Part shown: positions 1 through 18,794 of the stretch, piece after piece
How the letters are laid out: each line of letters opens with the position of its first letter
Position numbering within the stretch: the first letter of the stretch is position 1
Source: the human T2T-CHM13v2.0 reference genome, Homo sapiens
Length of the DNA stretch: 64,000 nt
Assembly: GCF_009914755.1 (NCBI RefSeq)
Contig: NC_060930.1
Strand: one strand, 5' to 3'
The notes under the pieces: model-generated
The model's input: only the letters and a program-made list of their open reading frames with translations
The model's database searches: none
Told to the model about the DNA's origin: nothing
Translations under genes and position numbers: made by a program

Positions 1-136
1 CTCAGCCAGTAAGCATAATGAAAATATTCAGAAATCCAAAACACTTCGGCTCCCAAGTATTTCAGATAAGGGATACTCAACCTGTATAAGAAGCCAAACA
101 ACAAACAAGACCCTGTTTGTTTAAACCACAGTGTTC

Positions 137-1137
<1,001 letters not shown>

Positions 1138-1559
1138 TTAGATGAAGTACTTGGTAAGTAAGTATTACCTGACCAAATAAATGTCTCTTTCAAATCCTAT
1201 AAACTATTAGAAGTGGAATACAGATCCAGTGTCTCTTCGGGTGTTAAAAGTTGTCAGGCACAATTATTTTGATAACTTAACACACCAAAAGAGTAGTTTG
1301 TTCATTCATCTACTCAACAACTGCTTATTGAACGCCTAATTTTGAACTACTTGTTGAATACCAGGTGTTACGCTAGGTGCTAGGTGCTAGAGCTATGGCA
1401 TTGAACAGTCATAATCAGTGCCTTCATGGAGCTTATAGCACAGTGAGGAAGACAAATATCATTAAACAAACAACTAAGTAGATATTTGACTATCGATGTT
1501 GGAAGTGCACCAAGGAAACGTGTCTAGTACCTCTTGAGCATACATCTGCTCCAGCATAC

Positions 1560-1699
1560 CTCTGATAGGGGTGTCAGCTCTTGGTGGGTCCTTCCTCCAG
1601 GATGGAACAAAAACTTTGATGTAGGTGTGTCCTCTGTCCCTGAACCAGTCAACAGCCAGCTTGATTCCCCGGCAAGAGAAGGTTTCTTTATTTCCATGG
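1560..1699 (-). CDS. ZC3H12D: ZC3H12D second coding exon (PIN/NYN RNase domain; [46 protein letters not shown]); gene continues beyond the left edge
   Basis: Acceptor ttttcccattgtag (AG at 1701-1700), donor AGAG|gtatgc (GT at 1559-1558); 140 nt; joins the upstream exon in frame to give the Regnase motif DGSNVAMSHG. Confidence 0.97.
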
Positions 1700-1820
1700 C
1701 TACAATGGGAAAACAAAGAAATCATAGAGACACAGCAAGTGTTCCTAAGAGTGATTTCCCTGCGAATATCCTGGATCACAGTCTCATAATCAAGAGGGAA
1801 CCAGGAAAATCTACGTTTTA

Positions 1821-2133
1821 GGCCAGGAGTGGTGGCTCATGCCTGTAATCCCAACATTTTGGGAGGCCGAGGTGGGCAGATCACTTGAGGTCAGGAGTTT
1901 GAGATCAGCCTGGCCAACATGGTGAAACCCCATCTCTACGAAAAATACAAAAATTACCGAGGTGTAGTGGTGCACACCTGCAATCCCAGCTACTCTGGAG
2001 GCTGGGGCAGGAAAATCACTTGAACCCGAAAGATGGAAGATTCAGTGAGCTGCAATCCCACCACTGCACTCCAGCCTGGGCAACAGAGGGAGACTCTGTC
2101 TCAACAAAAAACAAAACAAAACAAAACAAAAAA
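1821..2133 (+). mobile_element. AluS
   Basis: Full dimer with (CAAAA)n tail. Confidence 0.9.
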
Positions 2134-2251
2134 CCACATACACACACAAGAAAATCTACACTTTAAAGATAGTTCATTCTTTCATTTACAAATAATAACC
2201 ATTAACAAGAACCACATAGCTTGTGATAGCTATGTAGAGGGTCTTGGGCTC

Positions 2252-2798
2252 TGTTATAGCTAATATCAAGTGTCAACTTGATTGGATTGAAGAATGCAAA
2301 GTATTGTTCCTGGGTGTGTCTGTGAGGGTGTTGCCAAAAGAGATTAATATTTGAGTCAGTGGACTGGGAGAGGCCAACCCTCCCTCAATCTGGGTGGGCA
2401 CCATCTAATCAACTGCCAGCATGGCTAGAACAAAACAGGCAGAAGAAAGTAGAATGAGCGGACTTGCTGAGTCTTCTGGCCTTCGGTTTTCGCCCGTGCT
2501 GGATGCTTCCTGCTCTTGAACATCAGACTCCAAGTTCTTCAGCTTTTGGACTGTTGGACTTACACCAGGGGTTTGCCAGGGGCTCTTGGGCCTTTGGCCA
2601 CAGACTGAAGGCTGCACTGTCGGCTTCCCTATTTTTGAGGTTTTGGGCCTTGGACTGGCTTCCTTGCTCCTCAGTTTGCAGATGGCCTATTATGGGACTT
2701 CACCTTGTGATCGTGTGAGTCACTACTCCTTAATAAACTCCCCTTCATATATACATGTAGCCTATTAGTTCTTCCCTTCAGAGAATCCTGACTAATAC
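2252..2798 (+). mobile_element. MLT2A-type (ERVL) solo LTR
   Basis: Starts tgttatagctaatatcaagtgtcaacttgattggattga, internal AATAAA, ends gagaatcctgactaatac; 5-bp TSD GGCTC. Confidence 0.85.
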
Positions 2799-3159
2799 GG
2801 CTCCAAGAATACATTCTGAGGACTAACAGACAAGACCCTCTCTTTAACTGAAGCTAAGAATGATCAACATAAGACAGACAGGAGTAGCCATCTACAGAAT
2901 CACTCTCACCCTGAGAGATGGTTGTAAATGTGTTATTGAGTTTCCCAAGTCCAAGCAAGGAGGGCAATGCCCTTCAAATTCCATAGAAGACTTCAATGGA
3001 GGCAATAAGGAGAGAGTGGTATGAGATCAGGCAGGGCCTTGCAGACATTATGGAAGATTCCTTTCTTCCTCCTAAGAGGAATTAAAAAGCCACGGAAGGA
3101 TTTCAAGATTGGAAGTAGATGATGTGATGCATTGTGATGATTCAAAAAGCTCAATCTGA

Positions 3160-3430
3160 GGCCGGGCGCGGTGGCTCACGCCTGTAATCCCAGAACTTTG
3201 TGAGGCCGAGGCGGGTGGATCATGAGGTCAGGAGATCAAGACCATCCTGGCCAACATGGTGAAACCCTGTCTCTACTAAAAATACAAAAATTAGCCAGGC
3301 GTGGTGGCGCATGCCTATAATCCCAGCTACTCAGGGGGCTGAGGCAGGAGAATTGCTCGAACCTGGGAGGCAGAGTTTGTAGTGAGCCGAGATCGCGCCA
3401 CTGCACTCCAGCCTGGGCGACATAGCACAA
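3160..3430 (+). mobile_element. AluS, tail lost, within L2-like sequence
   Basis: Alu consensus; flanks at about 3000-3160 and 3430-4130 resemble degenerate L2. Confidence 0.8.
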
Positions 3431-4795
3431 ATTGACGGTGACTTGGACTAAGCTGATGGTGGTGGATGAGGGAGAAGAGTAGGTGAACTTGAGAGATATT
3501 TATTTAGAAGGTCAAATCTCCAGAACTCAATGACTGATTGGATATGGGAGTGATAGAGAAGAAGGCATCAAAGATGACTCAAGATCTCTGGCTTGTGTAA
3601 GAGGATGGCAGGCTATTCACTGACACCAGGAATTCTGGAAAGGAACAGGGTTAGAGGGAAAGATCATGAGTTCTATTTTAGACACCTATTGAGCTGTTAA
3701 CATTTCCACTTAGAGGAAATGTTAAGTAAACAGCTAGGGTTCAGTGGAGATGTCTGAGTGATTAAAGTTGTAGGCCATCTCTGTGTAAGCAATAGCTGAG
3801 GCCACAGCATGGACAGAATTTCCTGCTCGCCTGGAGAGAAAGTGAGCAGCCTGGGCTGGAGGAACTCTGCGACTTCGCAGCTGGTTATAGGTAGAGGGGG
3901 GCAATATCATATGGGACTCAGGAGGGACGGATCTGAGAAGGAGGAAGAAAACCAGAGGATGTGCATCAGGAAAGCCGGGGGAAAAGGGGTCACCAAACGC
4001 TGCTCCAAGTGACTGGTGAAACCTGAAGACGTCCCTCAGACTCAGTCAGTGGGGTCAGTGGGGTTTCGCTGGAGGGAGACAAGTGGATAGATTTGAGATA
4101 TTGAGAAGGCAAAATCAACTGGACTCAGCCATGGGTGAGACAGAACCTGGCCTCAAATTAGATCACTCCACCTCCTCTTCCGCCTTCAGATCCCAGCTTC
4201 ATCCTCACTTCCTCAGGAAAGCATCCCCTACTCCCTAGACTCCTGCAGATCCCTCTCACGAGCTCTCACTGCACCCTCCCGCTCCTTCCTGGCACTGGGG
4301 AACGTTGGCACCCATCCAGGGGATTGCCTGGGTCTCTCTTCTTTAAACCATGGGCTCCTCTTGCTCACCACAGAACTCTCAGTGCCCAGCATCGTGCCTA
4401 ATAATTGTAATGACTCACTTTAAAAGCTGTTGAATAAACGAATGGCTGAGAAGAAACTCAGCTGAGAAGCAGCTAGAGGAGAAGCTGAAGCAAAGGGAAG
4501 AGCTGACCGGAAGGATCCAAACACAGGCATAACTGACATGGTCTAGGGACCAGAAAGACAGGTGTGGGGCTGGAGCACGAGGAATGAGCCCGGGCAACAG
4601 GTGTAAAGGGAGGGGCAAGGATAAGTTCTTAGAGAGCCAAGGGCCACTACGCCACTCGTGCCTTCTCCCGAGAAGCCTGGCAGCCAACCCATATGCAGAC
4701 AAGGATGACATTTTGAATTCACATTGCTGTGCTCTCTCTCGTATGTGACCTTTCCTGCTATTTTCTCAAGGAAGATTAGGATAGTCACAAGTTTA

Positions 4796-5986
<1,191 letters not shown>

Positions 5987-6276
5987 TCAAAGGCCCCAGA
6001 GGCCATCCGAGATGGGAGGGGGCGGAGAGGAACCACAGAGCCTGAGTCGCCCAGGAGACAGAAGAAACGGAGGCCCCACCTGATGTACACTGGCAAACGT
6101 TAAGATGTACCCTCCCCTACCTAAAAAAGAGGGGAAGATATCGTGCCTGTCATAGAAAATGAGGTCCGTTTTCTGTGTCCCTGAAGCAGTAAAGTGAACA
6201 ATTGATGACACCCTCCCTCACGTCACCCCCGAGACACATGCATCTCTTCAATGTAGTCAAGTCCACCCTCAGTTAA

Positions 6277-7985
<1,709 letters not shown>

Positions 7986-8879
7986 AGAGATGGGAGTTTT
8001 GAATAACCAAAGGTACAAAGAGGAAGTGGGTTGGCACCCAAGGCAAATTTTGCCTGCCTGACAACTGTGCCTGGGGTAGCTGCAATCAGAGTGCCAGCCA
8101 GTTTCAGTAACTAGACAATCCAATTGTACACCACTGCATCTTTGACTATTGCCAAGTAGTTCCTGCAGAGGCTAGGGGCTCCCAAAGCAGTCACATATGG
8201 AGGAAGGTTGTGGCTATGGGCAGGAGGAAAGAGAGGAGCAATGATTCCTCAGGGGTCTGAGATGTGAAGGGAAGCTGCTCTTGCCACTCTGTTTCTTACT
8301 GGGGGTTCAATTGCAAACACTCTGACCCTTCTCACCAGGATATCTCTCCCCAGCTCAAGGCAGGGGAAAGAGACCGTGAGCAGGGGCTGATCTGGGAGCT
8401 TTCGCCTTACAAGAAATGGGTGCAGACAGGCAGGAGCCCAAGGCTAACGTCAGACAGAACAGAGTCAGGGTCTCAGAAGCAGGTCTGACCCCCAGCCCGG
8501 TCATAAACCCCCACCATTCTCTTTCTTGCCTGCTGGGAACCCACTGAGGGGGGCATGATGAAAACTGAGAGGTATGATTTCAAGCCTGATCTCTCTCTTC
8601 CTTGGAGATCCCTTACTCCAGCACAAACCAGAGCCTGCAGAGTGTCCTGAGAGTGTAAAAATGTAAACAACAGCCAAAGCAAAAAGCCCTGTGCACTCCA
8701 AAATGAGGACACATTTACATGAAACCCTACTCTGGGGCAGTAAGAGGATGTGAAATTATCAGGTGCTTTCCCCCCAAGGTTGTACTTTGAATCCCGCCTT
8801 TTCTAGATTTGCCTACAGAATGTAAAACAGGCTGGGCACTTGTGAGTCTGCCCACCCTAGGCAAGAAAATGCTGCAACT

Positions 8880-9314
<435 letters not shown>

Positions 9315-9782
9315 TCAGGTATTCAGCTGAATGACCCGAGCTGATGTCCCTCTCTTTCTCACGGAAACACACACACAGCCCTACCTTTAAGGTATGGAGA
9401 CTGCACTGAGAAATCAGTCTTTGGGCTGCTAGTCCATGAGAGCTACTATTTGAGGCACATGTGGCACCCTGAGGGCATCCTGGGCACCAGCCCTGCAGAG
9501 GGTCCCTGTGAAGGGAGTGGGGCCTCACACCTGCCTGCAGCTGACAAGTCCAGGGCTTGTCAACTGCAGCCAGAGCCCGCCTCTGGGTCAGGGTCTCCTA
9601 CCCTGTGGTCCTTTCCTAGGCCGGGGGAGAGCAGAAGGAATGGTAATGTCTGGGGGGAACACGGGGCATTGGAGAGAGCACTGAATCCAGAGCTGGCTCT
9701 TCTTGCTCTGTGACCTCAGGCAAGTTACTTACTCTCTCTGAACCTCTAAAGAAGAGAAATTCCTTTACGAGAAAAATGTATT

Positions 9783-10277
<495 letters not shown>

Positions 10278-10424
10278 TCAAGCATATGTAAAATAACCAC
10301 CTTGAATCCTCACCCATTAGAGATGAAAAGGCCTTTTAAGGTTTAGTCCAACATCCTAATTGTGTAAATAGGGCTCAAGCCAGGTGACCTACCTAAGGTC
10401 ACACAGCTGGATGGCTGAAAAGGG

Positions 10425-10590
10425 ACAGCTGTACAGTCCAATCTACAGCCACTTGCCACACCTGGCTATTCACATTTAAGTTAAAATTAATTGAAAAAAT
10501 AAAATATAGAAGCCAGTTCCTTGGTTGCACTGGCCACATTTCAAGTGCTCGAACGCCACACGTGGCAAGTGGCTCTGTGGGGACAGGGCA
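10425..10590. mobile_element. MER3/MER33-type hAT-Charlie MITE
   Basis: Palindromic arms gccacttgccacacctggc and gccacacgtggcaagtggc around an AT-rich core; gccacatttcaagtgctc motif. Confidence 0.75.
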
Positions 10591-13500
10591 GGGGTGGGCC
10601 TTGCCCTCACTGCGGGGAGTTGTGTTGGGCAGCCCTGGCCTAGCGGTCCTGTACTTCTGACTTCCCTGGTTTCCTTTATGGGGTACAGCAAGAGGTCCAG
10701 CAAAACTGGGGGCAGCCATAGGTCTGTTTACCAGGTCCCCATCTTCCACTCTCCCCACATCATCACTTGGAGTTCTCATTACGTTGACCCACCTCTTACA
10801 AAATGAGGAATGATGCCAGTAGTCCTGCTTAGGAGAGCCCATTTCTGTAAAAAGCACTGGGCCAGTGGCCCACTCTGTCAACCTCCAGAGAGCAGCAGCC
10901 AGGTCTTCTGGGTTCAGCCAAGCACGACCAATGGCATTGGGCTAAACATTCTAAAGCACTGGGGAAAGAAGCCCACAGAAACTTCTACCTATTGTGTCAT
11001 GGCTAGGAAGCACAGGTGGGGGTCAGGGTCTGATTCCAGCCAGTGTTGACCATAGTCAAGCCTGTCAAGTCCTTTCCTGTGTAACTGAGAGGGTCAGAAC
11101 AAGAACTGATGGCCCACTCTCACATTCTCTGTGCTAACAGGGGACACATGGCCTAGTGCCTCCTGAAAGGCAGAGGAAAAATAAATCCCTGGCCACAAAG
11201 CATAGAATTATCTGTAATGTCTCATTCTATGTCAGTGGGTTATCATATTTTTGGGGATGACAGACCCTTTAAGTGTCTATTGAAAGCTGTGACTCTTTCC
11301 CCCAGAGAAACACATATATGTACACAGACATGCCACACTGTGTATATCATTTCAGGCCATTGCTGGCTTTGAAGATAGAAGGGGCCATGAGCTGAGGAAC
11401 ACAGTCTCTAGAAGCTGGAAAAAATAAAAAAGACTCTTCTCTAGAACTTCCAGAAGGACACTTCCAGGGGACAGAGCCACAGCCAGGAACAGGCACACTG
11501 AAGAACATTCCTGCCAACAGGAGCCACACTTCTCATCCGCTCAAGGTGGAAAGAACAGGTGTCCCACTCGGTCTTTAAGCCCCTCCCCACCACCGCAAGG
11601 CCAGACAGTGCATGAAGCAGTACTGCCTTCAAAAACAGAAAATGGCAATGTCTGCAATACTACAAAACCTCAGTGAAAGGGAATTTTCAGAAACCATGTT
11701 TCTGAGGTTAATTGAATTTTGAGGTCAACAGATAACAATGAGACACCACTTTGGGTTTCAATCACCCATTGCCTGTGAAGGGTCAGCACCCACTTGAACC
11801 TTTCACAACTAAGGATATGGCAGACCCGGAGGGACATGAGTCCTGTTAAAAGTCCCATTGGAGGACACAACAGATGTCACTGCAGAAGGGGCAGAGGATG
11901 GGGTGGAACCTCACACTCCACTCTCCCCAGAGCTTGCCTTTAAAAGGAACAAATTAAGTCCTGTGATCAGGTGGCGGTTGTGCTATTTGTCTCTTTTCCC
12001 TAACTACTGGGATCCAGGGAAGAGGGAGGGGATGTGTGTGTGTAGACACATTGTGTGTGTGTGTCCATATATGACACACACAGAGCACAGGTACATGTGT
12101 TCTGGTTAACTCAGGTGTTTTGGAGGTAGCCAGTGTGTGAGAACATTTATGCTCTGACACATTCTTCGTAGTGAGTCTGAGTAAGGGTTTCGATGTATAA
12201 CCCGCACAGATTGAACATGAGAAAATTAATCTGATTGCAATCATGAGAGGTGGGGGGCAGAGGTGGGGGATCAATGGATGTACCCACGACACATTATGGT
12301 CATGTGCAAACAGAGGATGTGGCTTAAGTTTGACTCCAAGCAGCAACAGAGACTCCCATAAAAACAAAACCCTCCACCACCCCAAAGAGAATCTCTTTGG
12401 GGACTGGGCATGTTTTTTGTTGCCCCTGAAATAGTCTTTTTACCCTACAGCCACTCTGCTGTTTTGATTTGGAATCACAGAACTCATACAACCTTAGGGC
12501 TGGGAAGGTCTTTGATTTAAGCATTCAAAGCCTTCCTTCTATGGAAGCCCAGGGAAAGAGGTTCCTTGCTCAGATCATATAGAGGCCAGGCCCCTCTCAC
12601 AACCCCTTCTAGTCTTTCTAGGACCCTCAGAACCTACTGGATTCTTAAAAATCCTTTTAGCTTCCCAGAGATCTTAAATTGAGCAGAATTTCATAGGTTT
12701 ACCTATCTGGTGTCTATACATGACATGGGTGACAATGTGACAGAGACCCCATGGGCCAGCCCCTAAGTCCCAGGAGAAAGAGAGGGCTCCATCACCTGCT
12801 GATGGCATCAATGCCAGGGAGACTTAGCTGGTTAAAAGTGAAAAAAAAAAAAAAAACTCTCAGTACACACCGCAAAAAGTGCAGGGACAGCCCCTGAGGC
12901 TGGACCATCTGGGCTGAACCATTGCAAACCTCGGTCCTGCAACACCAAATCCAAAGTGAGCCCAAATCCCCAGGGGAAACTCTCGGAGGCTCTGTTGACA
13001 CATTCGGTGCCGCGGAGAATTGCTTTTCTGGATTCCCACCTATGGTGGGAGTAACTCAGCTTTTGAAAAGGGAAGCACATATATTTACAGCTGGGAGTGA
13101 ACCGTTTCCTATGGCTCTGCCCTTTGCACGGTTGTAACAAAGCCAAGCGGTAGAATAATCCACTTGTTTGGGCAACGCCCCACTTCGCCCAGCAGGGTGT
13201 TGGGGGAGGCTGCAGAGATTCCGTCACAGGGGAGCTTAGCCAAGACAGGCAGATAACAACTCGGGCGTGAGGCTGGCATTCCCAAAACCCACAAAGATGC
13301 CAACACACAAATGTTCACACAGCCGCATCTGCAGCTCAGGGGGCCACAAACAAATCTCTCAAACTTAAGGTAGCCGCAACACCGCCTCCCCAGCAACCCC
13401 AGCAGAGGGCTTCCAGCGCACTTCAAAGCACACCTTCCCCTCTGATGCTCATAACCTTGAGAGAGTAGAAGAGATATTTGTGGGCCTCTTTCACAGAAGA

Positions 13501-13945
13501 GGAAATGAGTCCTGCAGCTTTTCCAGAGTCTCGCAGCCGGTTAGGGACAGACTCCCAACAAGAAGCCACATCTGCCAACACTTGACCCAGGGCGCCTCCC
13601 TCATTACCACACCTTCCCCAAAAGAAGGCTCTTCCTCTGGGTTATGATCATAACAGCTACACTTGTTGATCACTTACTCTGTGTCAGGCACTATCCTAGG
13701 CATTTTATGCACAAAAACCCTCTATAGAGATTTTATCCCAACCGTACAGATGGGAAAAATGAGCTCAGAGGGGTTAAGTGACTTGCTTAATGCCACACAG
13801 TTACTAAGAGATGGTACAGGGATTCAAAGCCCGATCCGTTGGCCCCAAAGCTCTTTGGACCAAACCACAAGGAAGAGGGACAGTTCTCAGGGCTCCTGCG
13901 AACAGGGGCCTCTCCAGCCCCAGCTACAGGATGAAGGGAAGCTAC

Positions 13946-14250
13946 CTCATCGCCACGTTGCTGCCATCAATCACTATGGGTCGCAGAGAACTGGCCAGGG
14001 TTCTGAAGTCCTCTTCCAGGGCTGTCCCCGGGCCACGCTGGGCAGAGTCCGGGACCCCACAGGAGCCCCGAGGCACTAGCCTGGGTGCAGCCAGGTGCTC
14101 CAGGGCACCCGGGCGGCTGCCCGTGCGGATAAGCTCCTGCAGCACGTCGTTGACCAGGGCGCCCTCGCCCAGCTTGCCCAACACCCGGAGCACATCCTCC
14201 CGGTCATAGCCCAGCTTCTGGAAGAATTCCATCTTGCTGGGGTGCTCCAT
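13946..14250 (-). CDS. ZC3H12D: ZC3H12D first coding exon, coding part ([15 protein letters not shown]...[12 protein letters not shown]); whole exon 13946-14320
   Basis: ATG at 14250 in strong Kozak context (agcATGG); Regnase N-terminal FFxKLGY segment and PIN motif IVIDGSNVA; donor ATGAG|gtagc at 13945; acceptor ttttttttctctttag at 14322-14321. Confidence 0.97.
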
Positions 14251-14638
14251 GCTGTGCCCAGCGGCCACTGGCGCAGGTCCTGCCCCAGGCTTCCTCCTCT
14301 CAGAGCCCTGCAGACATGAGCTAAAGAGAAAAAAAATGCATCCATCAGGTGTTTCCTGGGCAGACTGGGGCAAGGGCAAGGTGTGCCTGCGCTGGCTCCC
14401 TCCCGGCCTAGCTGTCAGGAAATCAGGTGGAGCCCAGTCCCACTGGGGACTTTCAGTTGCTCAATGTGGCTGTGGAGCTGCAGAAGCAATCACGCTGCTT
14501 TCACAGTGAGCTCACTGAGGCCTTCACCCCACACTGCCCGGCAGGGCACACACCCGACCGCACACCAGGGCTGCAGGGGCTGAGCGTGCACCTAGCACTC
14601 GGGACAGGCCAAACACAGGTTTCTTGTTTCTCAGACTC

Positions 14639-14989
14639 TGTGGGGGGCTGAATAGTGACCTCCCAAATTCCCATGGTAAATTCCTCACCCCAGTACCTCA
14701 GAGTGTGACTGTATTTAGAGCTATGACCTCTAAAAGGAGGTCGCTAATCCAATATGACTGGTGTCCTTATAAGAAGAGGAAATTTGAACACATAACACAC
14801 AGAGGGACCACCATGTGAAGACTCAGGGAGAAGGGAGAAAGCAACCCTGCAGGCACCTTGACCTTGAACTTCCAGCCTCCAGAACTGTGAGACGATGAAT
14901 TTCCCTTAACGCCCCAGTCTGTGGTGCTTTGCTCTGGGGCACCCAGCTCTCGGGACAGGCCAAACACAGGTTTCAAGCAGACTAACACA
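14639..14989 (+). mobile_element. MLT1B-like MaLR solo LTR
   Basis: Typical blocks taatccaatatgactggtgtccttataagaag and cttccagcctccagaactgtgaga; ends actaacaca. Confidence 0.8.
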
Positions 14990-15141
14990 GGCCCCTGGCT
15001 TACCCAGGGCCAAATGCCCCCGGGCGAATTCTACTCCCAGAAAGGCAGTGCTCCCACCCAAATTCTGCTTGCTGCCCTGCACAGCTTTCCCTAATGATTA
15101 ACTCAGACCACACTGAACCTCTGCAATAGAAGGGCCTGCCC

Positions 15142-16550
<1,409 letters not shown>

Positions 16551-16664
16551 AATGCAGTTTGGAAATCTTTCCATGCTAGTTTACCTGTTCTACTGCTCAC
16601 TGTATCCCCAGCACTTAGGACAGTGACTCACACAGCTGAATCTCAACGTACATGTGTTGATTGG

Positions 16665-16696
16665 TGAATGAATGAATGAATGAATGAATGAGTGAA
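16665..16696. repeat. (TGAA)n microsatellite
   Basis: Direct reading; end of an L2-like fragment. Confidence 0.9.
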
Positions 16697-17521
16697 TATG
16701 TTCTTCAGTGTTTAACCATATGTCATAGGATGAAAGTTTGTTTTCCATTTTTCACTGTTACAAATCAGGCTCAGTGAACATTCCGGCACATCCACCTTTC
16801 TCCCTCATCCTCATCTCAGTATCACAGGCTCCTGACCTTCAGTCCCTCTTCTCCTATTTGACTTCATTGTGTCAATCACATCACTCAGCCAGGTTCCCAC
16901 TTTGGCCTGGCATTCTCTGCAGGCCTGTCCCAGGAGTTCAGGAGCCAGAGCAGGTCTAACAATGGCAGGGTCTGGCAGGTGAAGGGCATTTCACAGCCAG
17001 CCCCCTGGACAGAGAGGCCTCTGCCACGGCGTCCACCTGCTCACCTCCCACTCCACCTCAGCCCACTGATGGCAGGCACCACGTGAAACAATGAAACTGA
17101 CCCCAGGGGCACCAGCCCCTTCTAACTGCCAAATCCAACAACACTTTCACAGTCCTTGCCTTATGCCACCTCTCTGCCGCTTTTGAAACTGGGAACCACT
17201 CCTTGACTTGTTATTTTAAATTAAAAAATTGTGGACTGCCCTTTCTTGAAACTATCTGTTCCCTTAGGCTGTATAACTTGGCCTGATTCTTCTCCTCAAT
17301 TGGTCCAGCTCTTTCCCCTCTCCTTCAGTGTTGGGGTGCCACCCACACCCTCCATCAGCACCTATATTCCGATGGGCCCCACAGCTGCATGTCTTGCTCA
17401 CACCTCCCACTGAGCACCAGGCACAGTTATAAGTCTGTGAGATAAACACTGTGCTTGCTACTTAAGTGCTATGGGAACTCAGAATGCAGTCACACAACAG
17501 ACATGTGCTAAGTGACTACTT

Positions 17522-18335
17522 CAGTGGTTCCCAAGGTGTGGTCTAGGGAAGCCCGGGGGACTCCAAGATTTTTTCAGGGCATCTTCAAGGTAAAAACTAT
17601 TTTTAGGCCGGGCACGGGGCTCATGCCTGTAATCACAGCACTTTGGGAGGCTGAGGCGGGCGGATCACGAGGTCAGGAGTTCGAGACCAGCCTGGCCAAT
17701 ATAGAGAAACCCCCTCTCTACTAAAAATATGAAAATTAGCTGGGCATGGTGGGGTGCACCTGTAGTCTCAGCTACTCAGGAGGCTGAGGCAGGAGAATCG
17801 CTTGAACCCAGGAGGGAGAGGTTGTGGTAAGCCGGGATCATGCCACTGCACTCCAGCCTGGGCAACAGAGCAAGACTCCATCTCAAAAAAAAAAAAAAAA
17901 CTATTTTTATAATAATGCTAAGATGTAATTTCTGTACTTTACTCTTATCCTCTCCTGAGTGTACGACAGAATATTCTAGAGTCTACATGTTATGTGATAT
18001 CGCAACAGCTTGAATGCAGAAGCAGGTATGAGAATCCAGCTGTCTTCTATTAACCCAGACGTTAAAGAGATTTGCAGAAATGTTAATTAGTGCCAGGCTT
18101 CTTACTAATTTTTTTTTTGTTTTGGAAAATAAAGTTATTTTTCATGAAGATATGTCATTTATGTCAGTATAATTGGTTTATTATTATGTAGAAATAAATG
18201 AATTTTTTAAGTTCTTAGTTTTCATTTCTAATAAAGTACATATCCAGCGATAGATAGAATCCACATAAACAAAGCCTCTTTAAGAACCTTAATAATTTTT
18301 AAGAGTATAAAGGGGCTCTGAAACTAAAAAGTTAA
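17522..18335. mobile_element. hAT-Charlie DNA transposon relic interrupted by an Alu (17606-17900)
   Basis: Terminus cagtggttcccaaggtgtggtc; Charlie-type block gaatgcagaagcaggtatgagaatccagctgtcttctattaa; aaaaactatttt duplicated around the Alu. Confidence 0.7.
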
Positions 18336-18794
18336 TTCTTAAATCTAGAGCTGTTCCAACAGGTATTTCCACATAGCTGACACCATGTAGGTGACCTATA
18401 GACATGCCCTCCTTCTCCCAGGGCCCCAGTACAGAACATCCAGTGTCTTTACTCCCTTAATCTGGCCCTCTCACATCTATCTCCTACTGTCCTCTGCCCC
18501 ACCCACCCCTCAGTCCTGCCATCTTCACCCCATACCTGATGACTGTAACAGCCTCCATCTGGCTTGTAGCCAACATTGTATTTCTAAAACAAGTCGGATC
18601 ATGTTCGCCACCTGCTTCGAAATCTCCTCATTGGCTACAAGAAATACACCAAATTCCTAGACAGGCTGCCGAGGTTGTCACAAAGCAGCCCTGACACTGA
18701 CCACCTCACTGCCTGCCCCTGGCCCACCTGACCCCTTCTCTAGAGCCATGCTGAATGTTTCCCTGCTCCCTAGGCATTCCAGAATGTTCTCACA

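Noticed and set aside
1474-1559. In-frame continuation past the ZC3H12D exon ([12 protein letters not shown]...)
   Set aside because: Intronic read-through beyond a good donor; no Regnase similarity.
14251-14379. 43-aa N-terminal extension of ZC3H12D in the ORF track
   Set aside because: Starts at a non-ATG codon in the intron and crosses the acceptor at 14321.
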